Of a stretch of DNA of 64,000 bases, positions 12,838 through 24,767 are shown piece after piece. The stretch's first letter is position 1; each line of letters starts with the position of its first letter. The DNA lies in NCBI GenBank assembly GCA_048013815.1, contig CM106586.1, positions 4,340,001 through 4,404,000 of the forward strand. Direction: 5' to 3'. The DNA comes from Setoptus koraiensis. Lineage: Eukaryota; Animalia; Arthropoda. The notes under the pieces were generated by a model. The model ran no database searches. It saw only the letters and a list, made by a program, of their open reading frames with translations, and had not been told where the DNA came from. Position numbers and translations under genes: made by a program.

Positions 12838-13439
12838 ATGCCGACGCAGGGGCACGGCGACAAATGAGCGTGCCGATTGGCGAGCGGATAAGTCGATAAG
12901 CGATCTGGCGGGCAAGACGCAGTGGTGGCGCAACACACACACGCACACACACACGCACCGAGATTAGCGAGGGGCGATGCAGATTTGATTTTTGTGTTTG
13001 TATCGATTGAAAGGCGCCGTTGCCAAGACAACAAAGGGCGTCATTGCGCGAGATAAGCCCGTCGTTGTGGCGCCACCGGAAAGGTTGGCGTGCGATAGAT
13101 AGCGACGATGTGACTGTGCGCTATCTGTCGCAACGTTGTTAGTTGGCGGGCTAGACGTGGCGAGGCGCTATGCGACACTATTCGAGGCGACGCTATGCGA
13201 CTCGAACACACAGACACTGTCAGACAGTGCACTGTGCAAACAGGGCTCCGTTGATTATTTAAAAAGAAGATTACAGATGCAGCGGCAGAGGAACTGCCTA
13301 TCAATCTCGCGTGTCATGCCAATCAAAATTGCTGCAAAGTCTAATCTGGGCGCTAGGCGCTCACTGCCGACAATGTTGTCGTGTTTATGTTTGCAGTGCC
13401 AGTATCGATTCGGCGTGTCGTTGCTGTTTGCGCTGTGTA

Positions 13440-13518
13440 GTTGCACAACAGTTGCACAACGGTTGCACAACAGTTGCACGACGGTTGCATAACAGTTGCA
13501 TAACGGTTGCATAACAGT
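13440..13518. repeat. 11-bp near-palindromic minisatellite x7 (gttgcacaaca / gttgcataacg) with 22-bp higher-order alternation
   Basis: gttgca at 13440, 13451, 13462, 13473, 13484, 13495, 13506. Confidence 0.95.
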
Positions 13519-14433
13519 CGCTCACATGGCGCGCTCGGTAGCTGCCGATGGGCGCCAGCGAGCGCGCTATGTGTCGCTGAATGTCGCTATGTGTCGCGAG
13601 TCGCGATGCACGGGCCGACATGCGATCAACGAGCGACATAGCGACACGGCGACACCGGCACATAGCGACACTGCGACGGGGCGCTGTCGCGGGCGTGTGT
13701 CGGCCCGTCGTATCCAATTTGCTCCGCTGTGACTGATAATTTAGACCCATTTCATTCATGTGTCAGGCGTGCGTTGTTTTGTCGCGCGCACGGTCGCCGA
13801 TCTCGTTGTTTCATCTTGCCAAGTCCACAATTATTGCAGCGCATTGTGCAGCCGGCACAATGCGGCGGGCCCGGCGCGGCCCGGCGCGGCTCGACGGGCT
13901 CGGCGGGCTCAGGCACAAAACGGGCGCCGACACGTTAGATAACAGCGTCTGGCGTCTAGCATTAGTCGCGAGTCGCGACTGGCGCGCGCGCTGTGAGAGT
14001 AAGCGCTAGGTGCCGCGCTTGATTGCTCTGGCGGGCCGCCGGGTCGCGCACTGCCAACATAACACAACATAATGTCTAAAACTGGTGCCAGTCAGGCGTC
14101 TCCGTGGGCGCCCCCGTGATTTGTTGGCGGCCCGCTGTCAGCTGACGCATTCATCGACGCCGAGCACAAGTTTTTCGTTATCGGGGCCCCCTTTCCCGGG
14201 GGCCCCGACGCAAATCTTTCTCGTTGTGGCGCCCAAAAAGTGAGACGCTCACTCTCTTTTTGTTCTGGCACAAGCGCACAAAACAAGCGCACAAAACAAT
14301 CGCGCAAAACAGAAGGGGCCCACTTTTGCGCCAGTGCCGGCACCAAAATCGGATAAGCCGGCCAGACTGCGCAAACCGGCAAACGGGGGCCCCACAATTA
14401 ACAGAATGACAACAAACAAACTTATACACTTAC

Positions 14434-17344
14434 CAGTACGTAAACGGCGAACGGCATCACGATGGCGCCCACCAATAGGTCGCTGAAGGCCAGACTAACT
14501 ATGAAATAATTAGTGACAGACTGCAGCGAGCGCTCCTTCCAAACGCTCAATATCACCAGCATGTTACCGAATGCGGCCCCAATGGGCAAAACTAGCAGTA
14601 TCAGGCGCCAATAATACACTTCGTGCTGATACACTTCGGCCGGCTGTTGAGGGGCCCACAGGTCTGATTGATGTTGCTGTTCGCTGGTTGCGTTGGCTTG
14701 CTGCTGCTGCTGCTGCTGCTGCTGTTGCTGTTGCGTTGCTTGCAAATTGTGTTTTGTTGTCGCGCTGCCGTCAAACAAATCAAATTTTCTGCCATCAGTT
14801 TGGCGCTCGTTGATGTGCGATATGGACTGGCGCGACCCGGACCAGCCGGCCCCGTCCGGCGGCCCGTCCGCGGGCAAAGCGCGCCCGACCGAGGCCAGCC
14901 GCTCGAGCCAGCGCTGGTCGTCCTGACCGTCGTGCACGCTATCACTTGTGTCGTTGGCTAGGCCAGTGTCCGTGGCCGCGAGCACATGATGCGGACCGGG
15001 CGATTTGGTTAGGCGCTGATTGGCGCTGATTGACGCGTCATTTGCGTCGCGCTCGTCGTCGGCGCCGGCTGCGGCTGCGGCCAACGAAGAGGCGCCGGCG
15101 GACGAATTGTGGGCCCGAGCGGAAGACTGCGCATTGACAGTGGAGGCCGGCCGAGCCGCCCCATGAATGGCAGCCGACAAATTGGCTAGATTGTGGCGAG
15201 TGGCAATTGAATTTGCGGCGCGGTCAATTTGCAGCGACGGTGGGCGCCGGTCGCTGCCGGTGGACACAACATTGTGTTGCGCGCTGTCATTGTGCAAATT
15301 GTTGTCATATTCGCTTGAGCGTGATACTTTGCTGGCCAAAAATGCAATTTGTCTCCGTCTTCCGGTTGCGCTATCGACGGGCGATGCAAAAAACAAATTG
15401 GAGCCCCGTTTCAGCGCCTCCAACTGCCTGTAAGTGTCTTGTTCCAGGGTGAGATTGTCATCTGCGTCGCCGTTGCTATTGGCCGCCGACTCATTGTTGT
15501 TGCTGTTGCTGCCGTTAATAGCACTATCACTGTTGTCGTCTGAGTTGGATTCACTTGTTTCACTGTTGTTGTCATTGTCGGTGGCGTTGTTGTTGGCGTT
15601 GTTGTTGGTGTCGCCGCTGGCGTCGTTGGCATCACCATCATAATGGTCATAGTGGTCAGCGTAATCAGCGCTGGCCGCTGCCGGCCGGTCGGCCGGCTGC
15701 GAGCCCAAGTCGGCGCTGCTATAATCCTCGCTATCAACAACCACATAGGTACCGAAGTCGCTATAGTCGTCGTCGTCCTCCTCACTGGCGCCGCCGCCGC
15801 CGCTCGTGCAATTGCTGTTACATAACACGAGCTTGTCGTCTTTAGTTTGCGTGCCCTGCTTCCACAGGCCAATCATGGGGGCCCCAATTTCATTAGAGGA
15901 CAGCTCGGCGTCGTTTGTCTCATCGGCGTCGGATCTATGGCTGCCATATGTCGCACTGGCAACACTTGAGCTGGCTAGCTGCAGTTTTGAATTAGCGCTG
16001 CAATTTGCCGAATTGGTGCCAGCTAATGACCCGCTATTGTTGTTGTTGCTGCTGTTGTTGTTGCTGTTGTTGTTGCTGTTGTTGTTGCTGTTATCGGTGT
16101 TGTTGTTGTTGTTGTTATCGGCGTTGTTGCTGCCGATGCTGCCGATGTTGTCGTTGATGTTGTCGAGCCGGATCGGTGTCGTTTGCTCTGACTGTTGCTC
16201 TGTCGCCCGTCTATCACCGGGCCCATTAGAGATACCGCCAATGAGACCGCTAGCCGCCAATAAAGGCGATTTGTCGGAAGTGGACACTTCGTTTGACCAC
16301 TCTCGCCAATTTGGCGCTTGTTTGTGTGCCACTAATTGCTGTTGGCGCCAAACTAAATTGACGCCACTTACTAATGGGGCCAAATCCTCGCCAACTGCGC
16401 TGCTGTTTATATTGGCGGGTGCATTGTTTATTGGTTGTTGCGCAACAACAACAACCGTGCCCCCCGAGCCCGATGTTTTGTGTCGGGCGTGCTGCTGCTC
16501 AATCATTGTTATCGGCGGCACATTATTGGTTTGTTTCGTTGTGGCATTCATTGTAACATTGTCGACAACGTCAGCAACACTAATAACATTTACGGCAGTG
16601 TTGTCGTTGTTGTTGGCGCTGCTGTCGCTGTTGTTGGCGTTGTTGCCGACACGACGAGCGTTCGTGGCGAGCCGCTCGCCGCCGCCGCCAACAACAACAA
16701 ATGCAAATGCTGACGGGTAGGCAATATTTGCCATGAGTGATAGAAGTAAACAGAGGAAAGCAATTGACAATATTGAACTGTTCTTGTTAGGCAACAATTG
16801 GTTCGCCTCTCTGGCTGTATTTGTTGTTTGGTGTGATTGGCCCAGTTTCAGTTTTTTCTTTCGTTTTAATTGTAATTGTTGCAGTGATTTGTCATTTGTT
16901 GTTGAACAAACTACACTCGATTTCACGCTGTCTGGTCGCCTAGCCGGTCGAGTCGGTCGCGTCGGTTTAGTCGGTTGCGCTGGCTGGGGCGCCGCATTCT
17001 CTTGCGACCTTTCGCAGAGACGATGTTTATTTGCTCTATGTGACCTCATTGGACTGGCGGTGGTGCTGGCGGTGGTGCTGGTGGTATACATTGTTTTATC
17101 AATTAAGTGCCTCCACGCGGTGTGTTTTTGCACTTGTTTGCGAGTCACATTATTACTATTGTTTGTTTTCTTGTTATATCTGCTTGCTTCGCATTCAGAT
17201 AAATTTCTGGGGCGCCAATGGCAATGTTGCTCGTGCCACAATAGGCGGCGATCTGGCGATGGCCGGCGATCCGGCGATAATATTAAATCGTGTGGCGAGT
17301 AGAAATCATTCGTTGTGTTGGTCGTTTGTGTTGCTTGCCAATAA
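14434..17344 (-). CDS. Dop2R: D2-like dopamine receptor (class A GPCR): large exon encoding the low-complexity N-terminus plus TM1-TM2; the gene continues toward lower coordinates
   Basis: The ORF ends YYWRLILLVLPIGAAFGNMLVILSVWKERSLQSVTNYFIVSLAFSDLLVGAIVMPFAVYVL, matching arthropod D2-like TM1-ICL1-TM2 (GN, SLAxxD). Perfect donor CTG|GTAAGT at 14434/14433. The acceptor AG at 17346-17345 is the first AG after a TACTAAC branch point. Confidence 0.85.
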
Positions 17345-17396
17345 CTGTTATTGTCCAGCAAATGTTGATATAGAGGGACAATTGTTTTTGTTGTTT

Positions 17397-17403
17397 GTTA
17401 GTA
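17397..17403 (-). promoter_or_regulatory. Consensus branch point TACTAAC of the intron 17345-17857
   Basis: Plus-strand gttagta; no AG between it and the 17345 acceptor. Confidence 0.7.
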
Positions 17404-17857
17404 TCAACTAGTATATTCATGATATCTACTGCTCTCTGTATTACATGCTATTTATTTGCTATTTATGAAAACGAGCTTCTCTGCGCGCCGTATATTGGCC
17501 CCATTTTGGTGTGATTTAATGAAAAAAGTAAAGGCAATCAATGGCTCCACAGTCACCGGGCCAACGGCCGAGATGTGCCACCGATAAATCTTTTTCACAA
17601 AAGATCGACACCCGCTGGCTGGCTGACAATTCAATCCAATATAGGGTACAAAGTTGTGCTCAGATTTGTTTGGGCCCGTGGGATTTATTCAAACACGCTG
17701 CGCTTCTATCCGAAACTAGCCCCCATTCTCAGAATGTCATGTGGGCAATACCGCACCATTTGACTATCAGTGCCTGCTGTGTCGAATGCCAGCGAAAAGC
17801 AACGAAACGAAAAATAAAAAAAAGAAAGAAAAACGACGACGAAAAATATCTACTCAC

Positions 17858-18459
17858 CGCACTTTGTCATTTCCGGTTTGGCCTGTGTGCCTTATGGGCG
17901 ATCCAATATGAGCTGTCGGCACTCTATTATGACAAATGTGATTATAAGCTAACAATTTTTTATCATTGCAACAGTGCCAACTATCATTAGGCCACTTGGG
18001 CCAGCAATCACTATCAAAGATGGGCATTACGGTGGTTGTTTGGTCGCTGTTCGCCGGCTGACTAGACCTGTGATTAGCGGCTTTCCTTTGGCCCCAATTC
18101 TCACCTGATCTAATGCTGCTGGCTTGAGCATAAGAGAGGCCACTTTTCGAAATATCACTTGATTTTGTTATTGTGATCATTGTAGGTGCTGCTTTTCTAG
18201 TTACCACTGGTGCCACTGCTGTCGCCGTTGTGTCTTCATCGTGGGAATTAATTGGGATTAGCCTATTAGACTTTTTGGCATGAATTTGTGCTTCCGTTTG
18301 GCCTCGAGTTACAGCTTGGCGTTGGGTATTTGGCGGCGGGTTTTTCTGGTGCGTTTTAGTTGGAGCGGGCTGTTCGGGCGAACGACAACAACGTGCCGCT
18401 GACCAACTAGAAGCGACACAACTAGCTGATGGATTGATAAATATAATTGAATCCAACAT
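17858..18459 (-). CDS. Dop2R: Probable first coding exon of the D2-like receptor (ATG 18459, 200 codons + 2 nt)
   Basis: The 201-aa ORF ends at a strong donor CG|GTGAGT (phase 2). This matches the phase-2 acceptor at 17344; the joined CDS is 3513 nt, in frame to TM2. Confidence 0.6.
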
Positions 18460-20121
18460 TTTATTTTATCCGCAATCGTGCATCAGCCAGATGCTTGTGA
18501 TATTGTTGATTGTGTGCAGATATTAGTGGCGACTGAGATACTGTTTTCAATAGGGACAACGTCAATAATTTGATTACCCATCACCATCTGGCACCGTTAC
18601 TCTCGGTTACTCTCTGTTGTTGTCGTTGGCGTAGTTGTTGTTGTCGTTGGCGTCGTTGTTGATGCTGGCGCTGTTATTGTTGGCTGGCTTGGCCGGCTTA
18701 GCCGGTGTGGGTGATGATGATGCGATTGTGCAAGTGTGTTGCGTAATCCGTTTTCCACTGCTGCCAGCAGCAGCACGAGCATCAATAGTGTCACCGGTAG
18801 TGCCGTTATTGTTGATACCGTTGTTGCCGGTGCCGACACCAGTGGCTGGTATGCGAATTGCGCCACGAGTGACTCCTTGATGACTTTAATGATAACAATA
18901 ATGATGACATAGGCCCGCTAGCTGTCGGGCTGGATAGGCGTCTACTGGTGCCTGGATTGATTATTATTATTATTGTATATTCTTGTGTGAATATCTTATT
19001 TTGAGCAGCATATGGGCAGTATGTGACGACACGAGTGCAAGGGACGGTTGCATATAAGCGTTGTGTGCGTTATGTAACGATGATAATAATAACAGTGAAA
19101 CGTGAATTTGTTTAGTCTGCTGCTGTGTCGCCGATACACACACGCACGCATTTTAGCACGACCAAAATGTCAAGTCGTCGAACAAGTTGTTGGTTGTTGG
19201 TTGTTGGCCACCATTTGGGGCGCATCAAACGCACCAAGCCCAGGAGAGAGGGAGAGCGAAAGAACGTGATTCAACGTCAGTTATGGTATCTAGAAAATAT
19301 CCGCGCAAACTATTATGCAAATTGGGCCCCGTCTCACGTCCACTGTAAAGCAACCAATTTAACATCTGGCGAGCAGTGATGTGATGTATTTGTGACACGA
19401 TACGAGATATACGACGAATCGTGACAATTTTGAGATGAGTAGAGCAATGTCGAGCTGAGTCGAGATAACACACGAGACACGAGACGCGACATGCGACGCC
19501 ACAAAGACAAAGGGGCCACCAAGCTAGCGACTTGTGACAACGGATGACACAACAGGGCGCACACTGCGCCCGCCAACTGGTTAACTAGACGAATAGATAA
19601 ATGGTGGCTAACTAGGCAGCAGCAGCAGCTTCGCAAGGAAGCCAAGGTGTGCGTGTGTGTGTGTGTGTGTGTTAACGAGCAAACAACCGACAATTGACTA
19701 ACTAAACTAACTGTCACTACACGCAAACAACAAACGTTGTTGCCAGCGCCATCGCTCATTTGAATAAAGCAAGTTTTGTTTGATTTCATAGAGTTATCAC
19801 GTTTATGATTATGATGATGATGATGATGATGATGATCGTAATTGCAGTCACACATCATAAATCACACAAAAGCATTGACTCTGTTTGTTGTTGTTGTTAG
19901 TTGTCTGTCTGCTTGTCGTTGTTGTTGCCGTTGACAGTTTTGCTGCCGCCAGCTCAACTTCCCCTTCGTCGTAACGTTTCGTTGGCTTGTGACATTTGCA
20001 TCATGACATTAACAGGCAACTACATACGACGACCACGACCACGACATAGTTGAGGCCCGCAAAGACCTATTAGCTCTCATTATTATTTATTATCGCACAT
20101 TTTCGCAGTTCACTCTAGTTT

Positions 20122-20399
20122 TTACTCATGTTTTGGCACAAGAGCACGTTTTAACTTCACTCGCACTTGTCGCTCAAAGATTAAACGTTGCCCCATGAAC
20201 GTTGCCCTAAGCTCACGATATTTCGCCAAATCATCTCGCCAACTTTTGTTGTTCCTTACATACCCTATACCAACTATGCATGCATCCCATGCATAGTTGG
20301 CCCGTGCAGCGCCCTCCCTCACCACCGTTGGTGTTGCTAATACCAAAGGTATAACAAAAAGACGGACGAAATAACTTTTAGTCGGACGTTGACGTGCCA
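20122..20399 (-). CDS. Small orphan protein (92 aa) with a signal-like N-terminus; ATG formed by splicing A20960 to TG 20399-20398
   Basis: Acceptor tacactttAG|TG, open frame to TAA 20122, AATAAA ~30 nt downstream (plus tttatt 20086-20091), and upstream donor CAA|GTAAGC at 20960/20959. Protein MARQRPTKSYFVRLFVIPLVLATP... No family recognised. Confidence 0.45.
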
Positions 20400-20936
20400 C
20401 TAAAGTGTATTTTGCAAAATGTCACGTTCTTCGTGGCAGACAAATTACCGCTACAAATGCGTTTTAGTCAATGTCTTGCCAACTGTCACACGACTGGCAT
20501 TACTTATTGCACACAACATTGCTTGATTAAACGGTGTATCGAGCTATGGTTTGGCGCGCCAATAAAGATCAATGGCCACTTGCGGGAATAGCATTTTATA
20601 CGCGGGTGTATGAATGAAATTCATAGTGCGAACGAATGAATCGTTGACCTATGGTTGTGCTTTTTAAACTCAATTTCACGCGAGTAAAATCTTTTTGAAA
20701 ATCAATTTCAACTTAGGCAACTTCAAGCAACTCAAGTGACTGTCACCGGATCTTTTCTTGCGCGGCTCAACTAACAATTCCTAATCTTATTATACGGGCG
20801 CCTCATGAAACCACTAATGCGATTATCATAGAACTGAATTCATCATCGCATCATTATCACTGCATACGACACTATTGTTCCTATCAAACTGATAACTTCA
20901 ACTGTTCCACATCTCGAAAATGCTCAAATAGCTACT

Positions 20937-20984
20937 ACAATTTACACTTATGGGCTTACTTGCTGGCCCATAAGTGTAAATTGT
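20937..20984. repeat. Perfect 19-bp inverted repeat with 10-nt loop enclosing a minus-strand splice donor
   Basis: acaatttacacttatgggc / ttacttgctg / gcccataagtgtaaattgt. Confidence 0.95.
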
Positions 20985-22456
20985 TTTCTTTTTATTGATA
21001 CACAGTTTTCGTTGGGTGTTGAAAGCCAGATATTCTCGCAACTGTCGTTCTGAATCAAATCTCTCCTGACACTACATATTGTCATCCAGTTGGCTCGCAT
21101 CACTTGAAACAAAATCAGTGCTACAGCAAAATGCATGTCTGTCATCTCAACCGGAAACACCAAAACAGGATATTCAAAAAGCATTGCTCATCATTATATG
21201 GCCGATGAGCAACGTCAGTCACTTGTCACAGTTCACCTGTGCAAAGTGGTTAATAAAAAATAAAAAATGAACATCATGTCAACTTATCTCATGCCAGTAA
21301 GATGATATCGATGATGATATTGATAGACAAATGTTTGTTCTTGATACTCACTTGATTTGATGACTATCTTGACCAGATAACATTAGATCAGATACATGAA
21401 CACTTTTGTTGTCATGATATTCCATGAATGAATGGAAATAAAATCAAAGTACCTCTACTGCTGGTAACAATACTACTGGTTTCTTCAATTTAGGCGTGAA
21501 AAACTCTTGATTTGTTTGCTCATGGCTTTGATTTCTTTCATTTATAGTTTGAGTTCAAACTTTTTGTCGCACTCTGTTTAAACAGCAGATAGAGGAAGTG
21601 ATTCAAGTTGACGGTCGTGAGTCATTATAACATGACTCTAGGTGAGTTATTGCAGGATTGCGTCAGAACTTTGCACAAACTTGATGCTTTAATGTACCAT
21701 CCTGATGTTACATAATGAAATTAGTCTACTCGTTGTATCTCTGTCTAACCATTTCACGCCAATGATGCTAGTTCGTTGTTGGCAAGTCTGAAATTTCTAA
21801 AACTAGAGGAAACAAATAAAACCCGACTAATATAGCTACTGTGTCTGCTTTTGCGCACAACACATTATCTAAATGCGCAACGCGAATCTTTTATCAAGTG
21901 AACAATGAGGTCCGCCAGATAATAGACTATGTACAGATCATGTATATACCCTATTCTACAAACAACCGAATAAAACGCGCGTGGCGCCTCATCACGTCTG
22001 CCAAACGAGTCTTGTCAATAGGAGAAAATAATAGGGAATATCTAGTAGCAACCTGTTCATCACCATTTTTTTCGTCGTAACTTCTACACCCGGATATTAC
22101 GATCATAGTCATTTGTATCGACTACCATGATCATTCGCATCCATCAATGGGCGCCATCACGACGTGGAAGCTATCCTCGATGCCAACATCTTGCAGAATG
22201 GGTCACTAATTAGACATATCGTTATCACGATGTCGAACACATCTCTCGATATGCATTGCTGATAGAAACAAACCCACCGTGATGATAGAGTCCTCATCGC
22301 ATGCTAGAGTCAACACTTATGGGTCAATCAAGATGGAATCAAAACAAAGCTGAAAAAAAAAATGGCTACCCGAACTAACCAGATCTCGAGGCTTCACAAA
22401 CTCGCTCTTGCTTTTTAATAATATCGAAAATAATGATATATAATACTCAATATACT

Positions 22457-22822
22457 TCAAACTTCGTCCTCTTTACACAACATGTTGGGAATTCCGTCGC
22501 TTATGGGAAATTTTCGTCCAGTTTCTGGGCACACCATGTGGCCAGTAATGACTTCGATATTGAACAGCGCCTCGTGAATGAGTTTTAATGTTTCTTCGTC
22601 GCCTTCGCTCGATGGAGTCATTTCTGGCAGCTCTAAGCCGCAAACTTTGGCCGCCCGTCTCAGTACTTCGTAGTCTATTTTGGCTAGCATCCTTTGAACA
22701 AATTCGTAATTATATTCAGTTTGCACGCGTTCCACTTTTTCCGTCACCAATTCCAATGGATATCCAGTTGTGACTCCTTTCAAGCTACGCGATGTCAACA
22801 AATTGTGCGTTAATAGCTTCAT
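22457..22822 (-). CDS. TRMT112: Multifunctional methyltransferase subunit TRM112, intronless
   Basis: MKLLTHNLL...GYPL...LxCPETGRKFPISDGIPNML Trm112 signature; 121 aa. Confidence 0.97.
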   Translation of the reverse strand: MKLLTHNLLTSRSLKGVTTGYPLELVTEKVERVQTEYNYEFVQRMLAKIDYEVLRRAAKVCGLELPEMTPSSEGDEETLKLIHEALFNIEVITGHMVCPETGRKFPISDGIPNMLCKEDEV

Positions 22823-23296
22823 CTTGTCTTTTGAATATTACAGTTGTTTATATTTATTTATATATTTATATAATAATTTATATACATATATAGATATCTA
22901 TTGCATGATATGATTATTTAATAACAACAACAGATATTTCTTATTTATATATCCACTCTCACACGCACTCGCATATGTACACACACAAATAAACACAAGC
23001 ACCACACAGCACAGGCACACAATTATTTACACAAATACACCTACACCCTAATCTTAATCTTATTATTATTATTACAACAACCATCATCATTTGTATTTAT
23101 TAAGGAGCACCAAGATGATGTTGGAACTGTCCTCGATGCTAACATCTTCTTAATATATTATTATTACCAACAACTATTATTTATAGTCAATTGTCACCAC
23201 AGATTTATCATCACCACTCTAAACACACCCAATTTGACCGACCGGGAAGGAACACTAATTTGGCATATTGTTAATATTATCAAATACATCATCAGG

Positions 23297-24698
23297 ATGT
23301 CTAGCGCCTCAATCGGTATGACACCGCTAGAGTTGTGCATCTTCGATGATTTAGCCACTGCCTTGGTGATAGATCCGTATCTTGGATTCACGACACACAA
23401 AATGAACGCCTCGTAAGTACAACTACTACTGCTGGCGCTTATCTTGTAGCCATCACGATATACCATATATGACATAGAGTATCAAGTGGTATCAATATAT
23501 AACAATCACCTGATTGATATGTACACATATTTGTATCACTATGCAACAACAACCACAACATCCCATCATGCTAACTATCATTGACATATTTATCATATAT
23601 CAAATCAATTTGTATTGAAATCTATCCAGGTTCAAGGCGCCCAAGTTTCCCTTCGTCCCCTTAAAAGAAATCGTGGTCCGATTTAAGAATAACCAACAAA
23701 GTAGCTACCAGCAGACTTACGATAAATTGATAGCGTCCAACGCCTCTATAAAGAATTGTTTACACAGATTTGATGCCAGACAACTAGACCTATTTAAAGA
23801 GCATTGTTATCGGTATTTGCGAATTATTGATACTAGATCCGGATTTGAAATTAAATATTGTCCTAGGTACTCACAGGAACAGAATTTAGGAGCTAAATTA
23901 TGTACAACTAGAAAATGGTTTAAAAATGAGAAAATTGAATTTTTAGTTGGCTGTATAGCAGAATTAAGTGAAGAAGAGGAACGTGATATGCTCAAGCCTG
24001 GCATTAACGACTTTTCAGTAATGTACTCCTGTCGAAAGAATAGAGCACAATTATGGCTTGGACCAGGAGCTTTTATAAATCATGATTGTCGCGCTACCTG
24101 CAAATTTGTCTCTACCGGCCGAGATACTGCATGCGTTAAAATATTGCGTGATTTAGACATAGGTGATGAAATAACTTGCCATTATGGTCAAAACTTTTTT
24201 GGCGATGATAACAGCTATTGTGAATGTGAGACTTGTGAGAGAAGAGGAACTGGTGCATTCTCTTCAAATAGTAACAAATCAAAGTACGCCCCCTTTTCAT
24301 CTTCAACAGATCTCATATCATCCTCTGGGTCCAGCTCATCCACATCTGAACCTCAAAATCATTATACATTATCAGCACCATCCAGAAACAACCTGACGCT
24401 CAATCACCAACGGACAAGCCATCATCACGTCAACTACAGTTTGCGTGAAACGGATAACCGCCTTAAAAGGTTAAAAGCAACCAACAATAACAATAACCAG
24501 AGTAACGGTAACAAACAAAATAATAACGTTATTAATAATAGTAGTAGTAATAATAATGATAATAGGAAAAATGTTTCACCAGTCCGCATTGAGCGTTCAT
24601 CAAAAAAATCTGACATATGGACAATACCTAAAAGGGTTAGGCTAATAGTAGGCGATAGCACCATCGTCAGAGAATTGGATGAAAAGTGTCCCAATTAA
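23297..24698 (+). CDS. KMT5B: Histone H4K20 methyltransferase SUV4-20 (~394 aa); exons 23297-23412 and 23630-24698
   Basis: N-terminal [20 protein letters not shown] motif. SET domain [28 protein letters not shown] with post-[17 protein letters not shown]. The GTAAGT...CCAG intron (217 nt) is phase-compatible. Confidence 0.95.
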
Positions 24699-24767
24699 AT
24701 ATACCTATAATTGTATTTACTGCTATTAATACCATTGCAAACTAATATATTATTTTGATATATTTTC

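Noticed and set aside
3829-13518. Short repeat arrays as possible CRISPR arrays
   Set aside because: Head-to-tail tandem units with no unique spacers, no cas genes, and a eukaryotic context.
14571-17411. Plus-strand ORFs rich in Leu/Val/Cys runs (e.g. 15806-16720, 16733-17302)
   Set aside because: Antisense shadows of the Asn/Gln/Thr tracts in the Dop2R exon.
18597-18866. Minus ORF with a signal-like segment as an additional Dop2R exon
   Set aside because: GTG start, weak donors, and the next exon already has an ATG; unsupported without cDNA.
19334-19858. 174-aa minus ORF, and similar ORFs at 25484-26037, 30592-30967 and 36958-37271
   Set aside because: Produced by (CA)n, (GAT)n and (CAA)n microsatellites.
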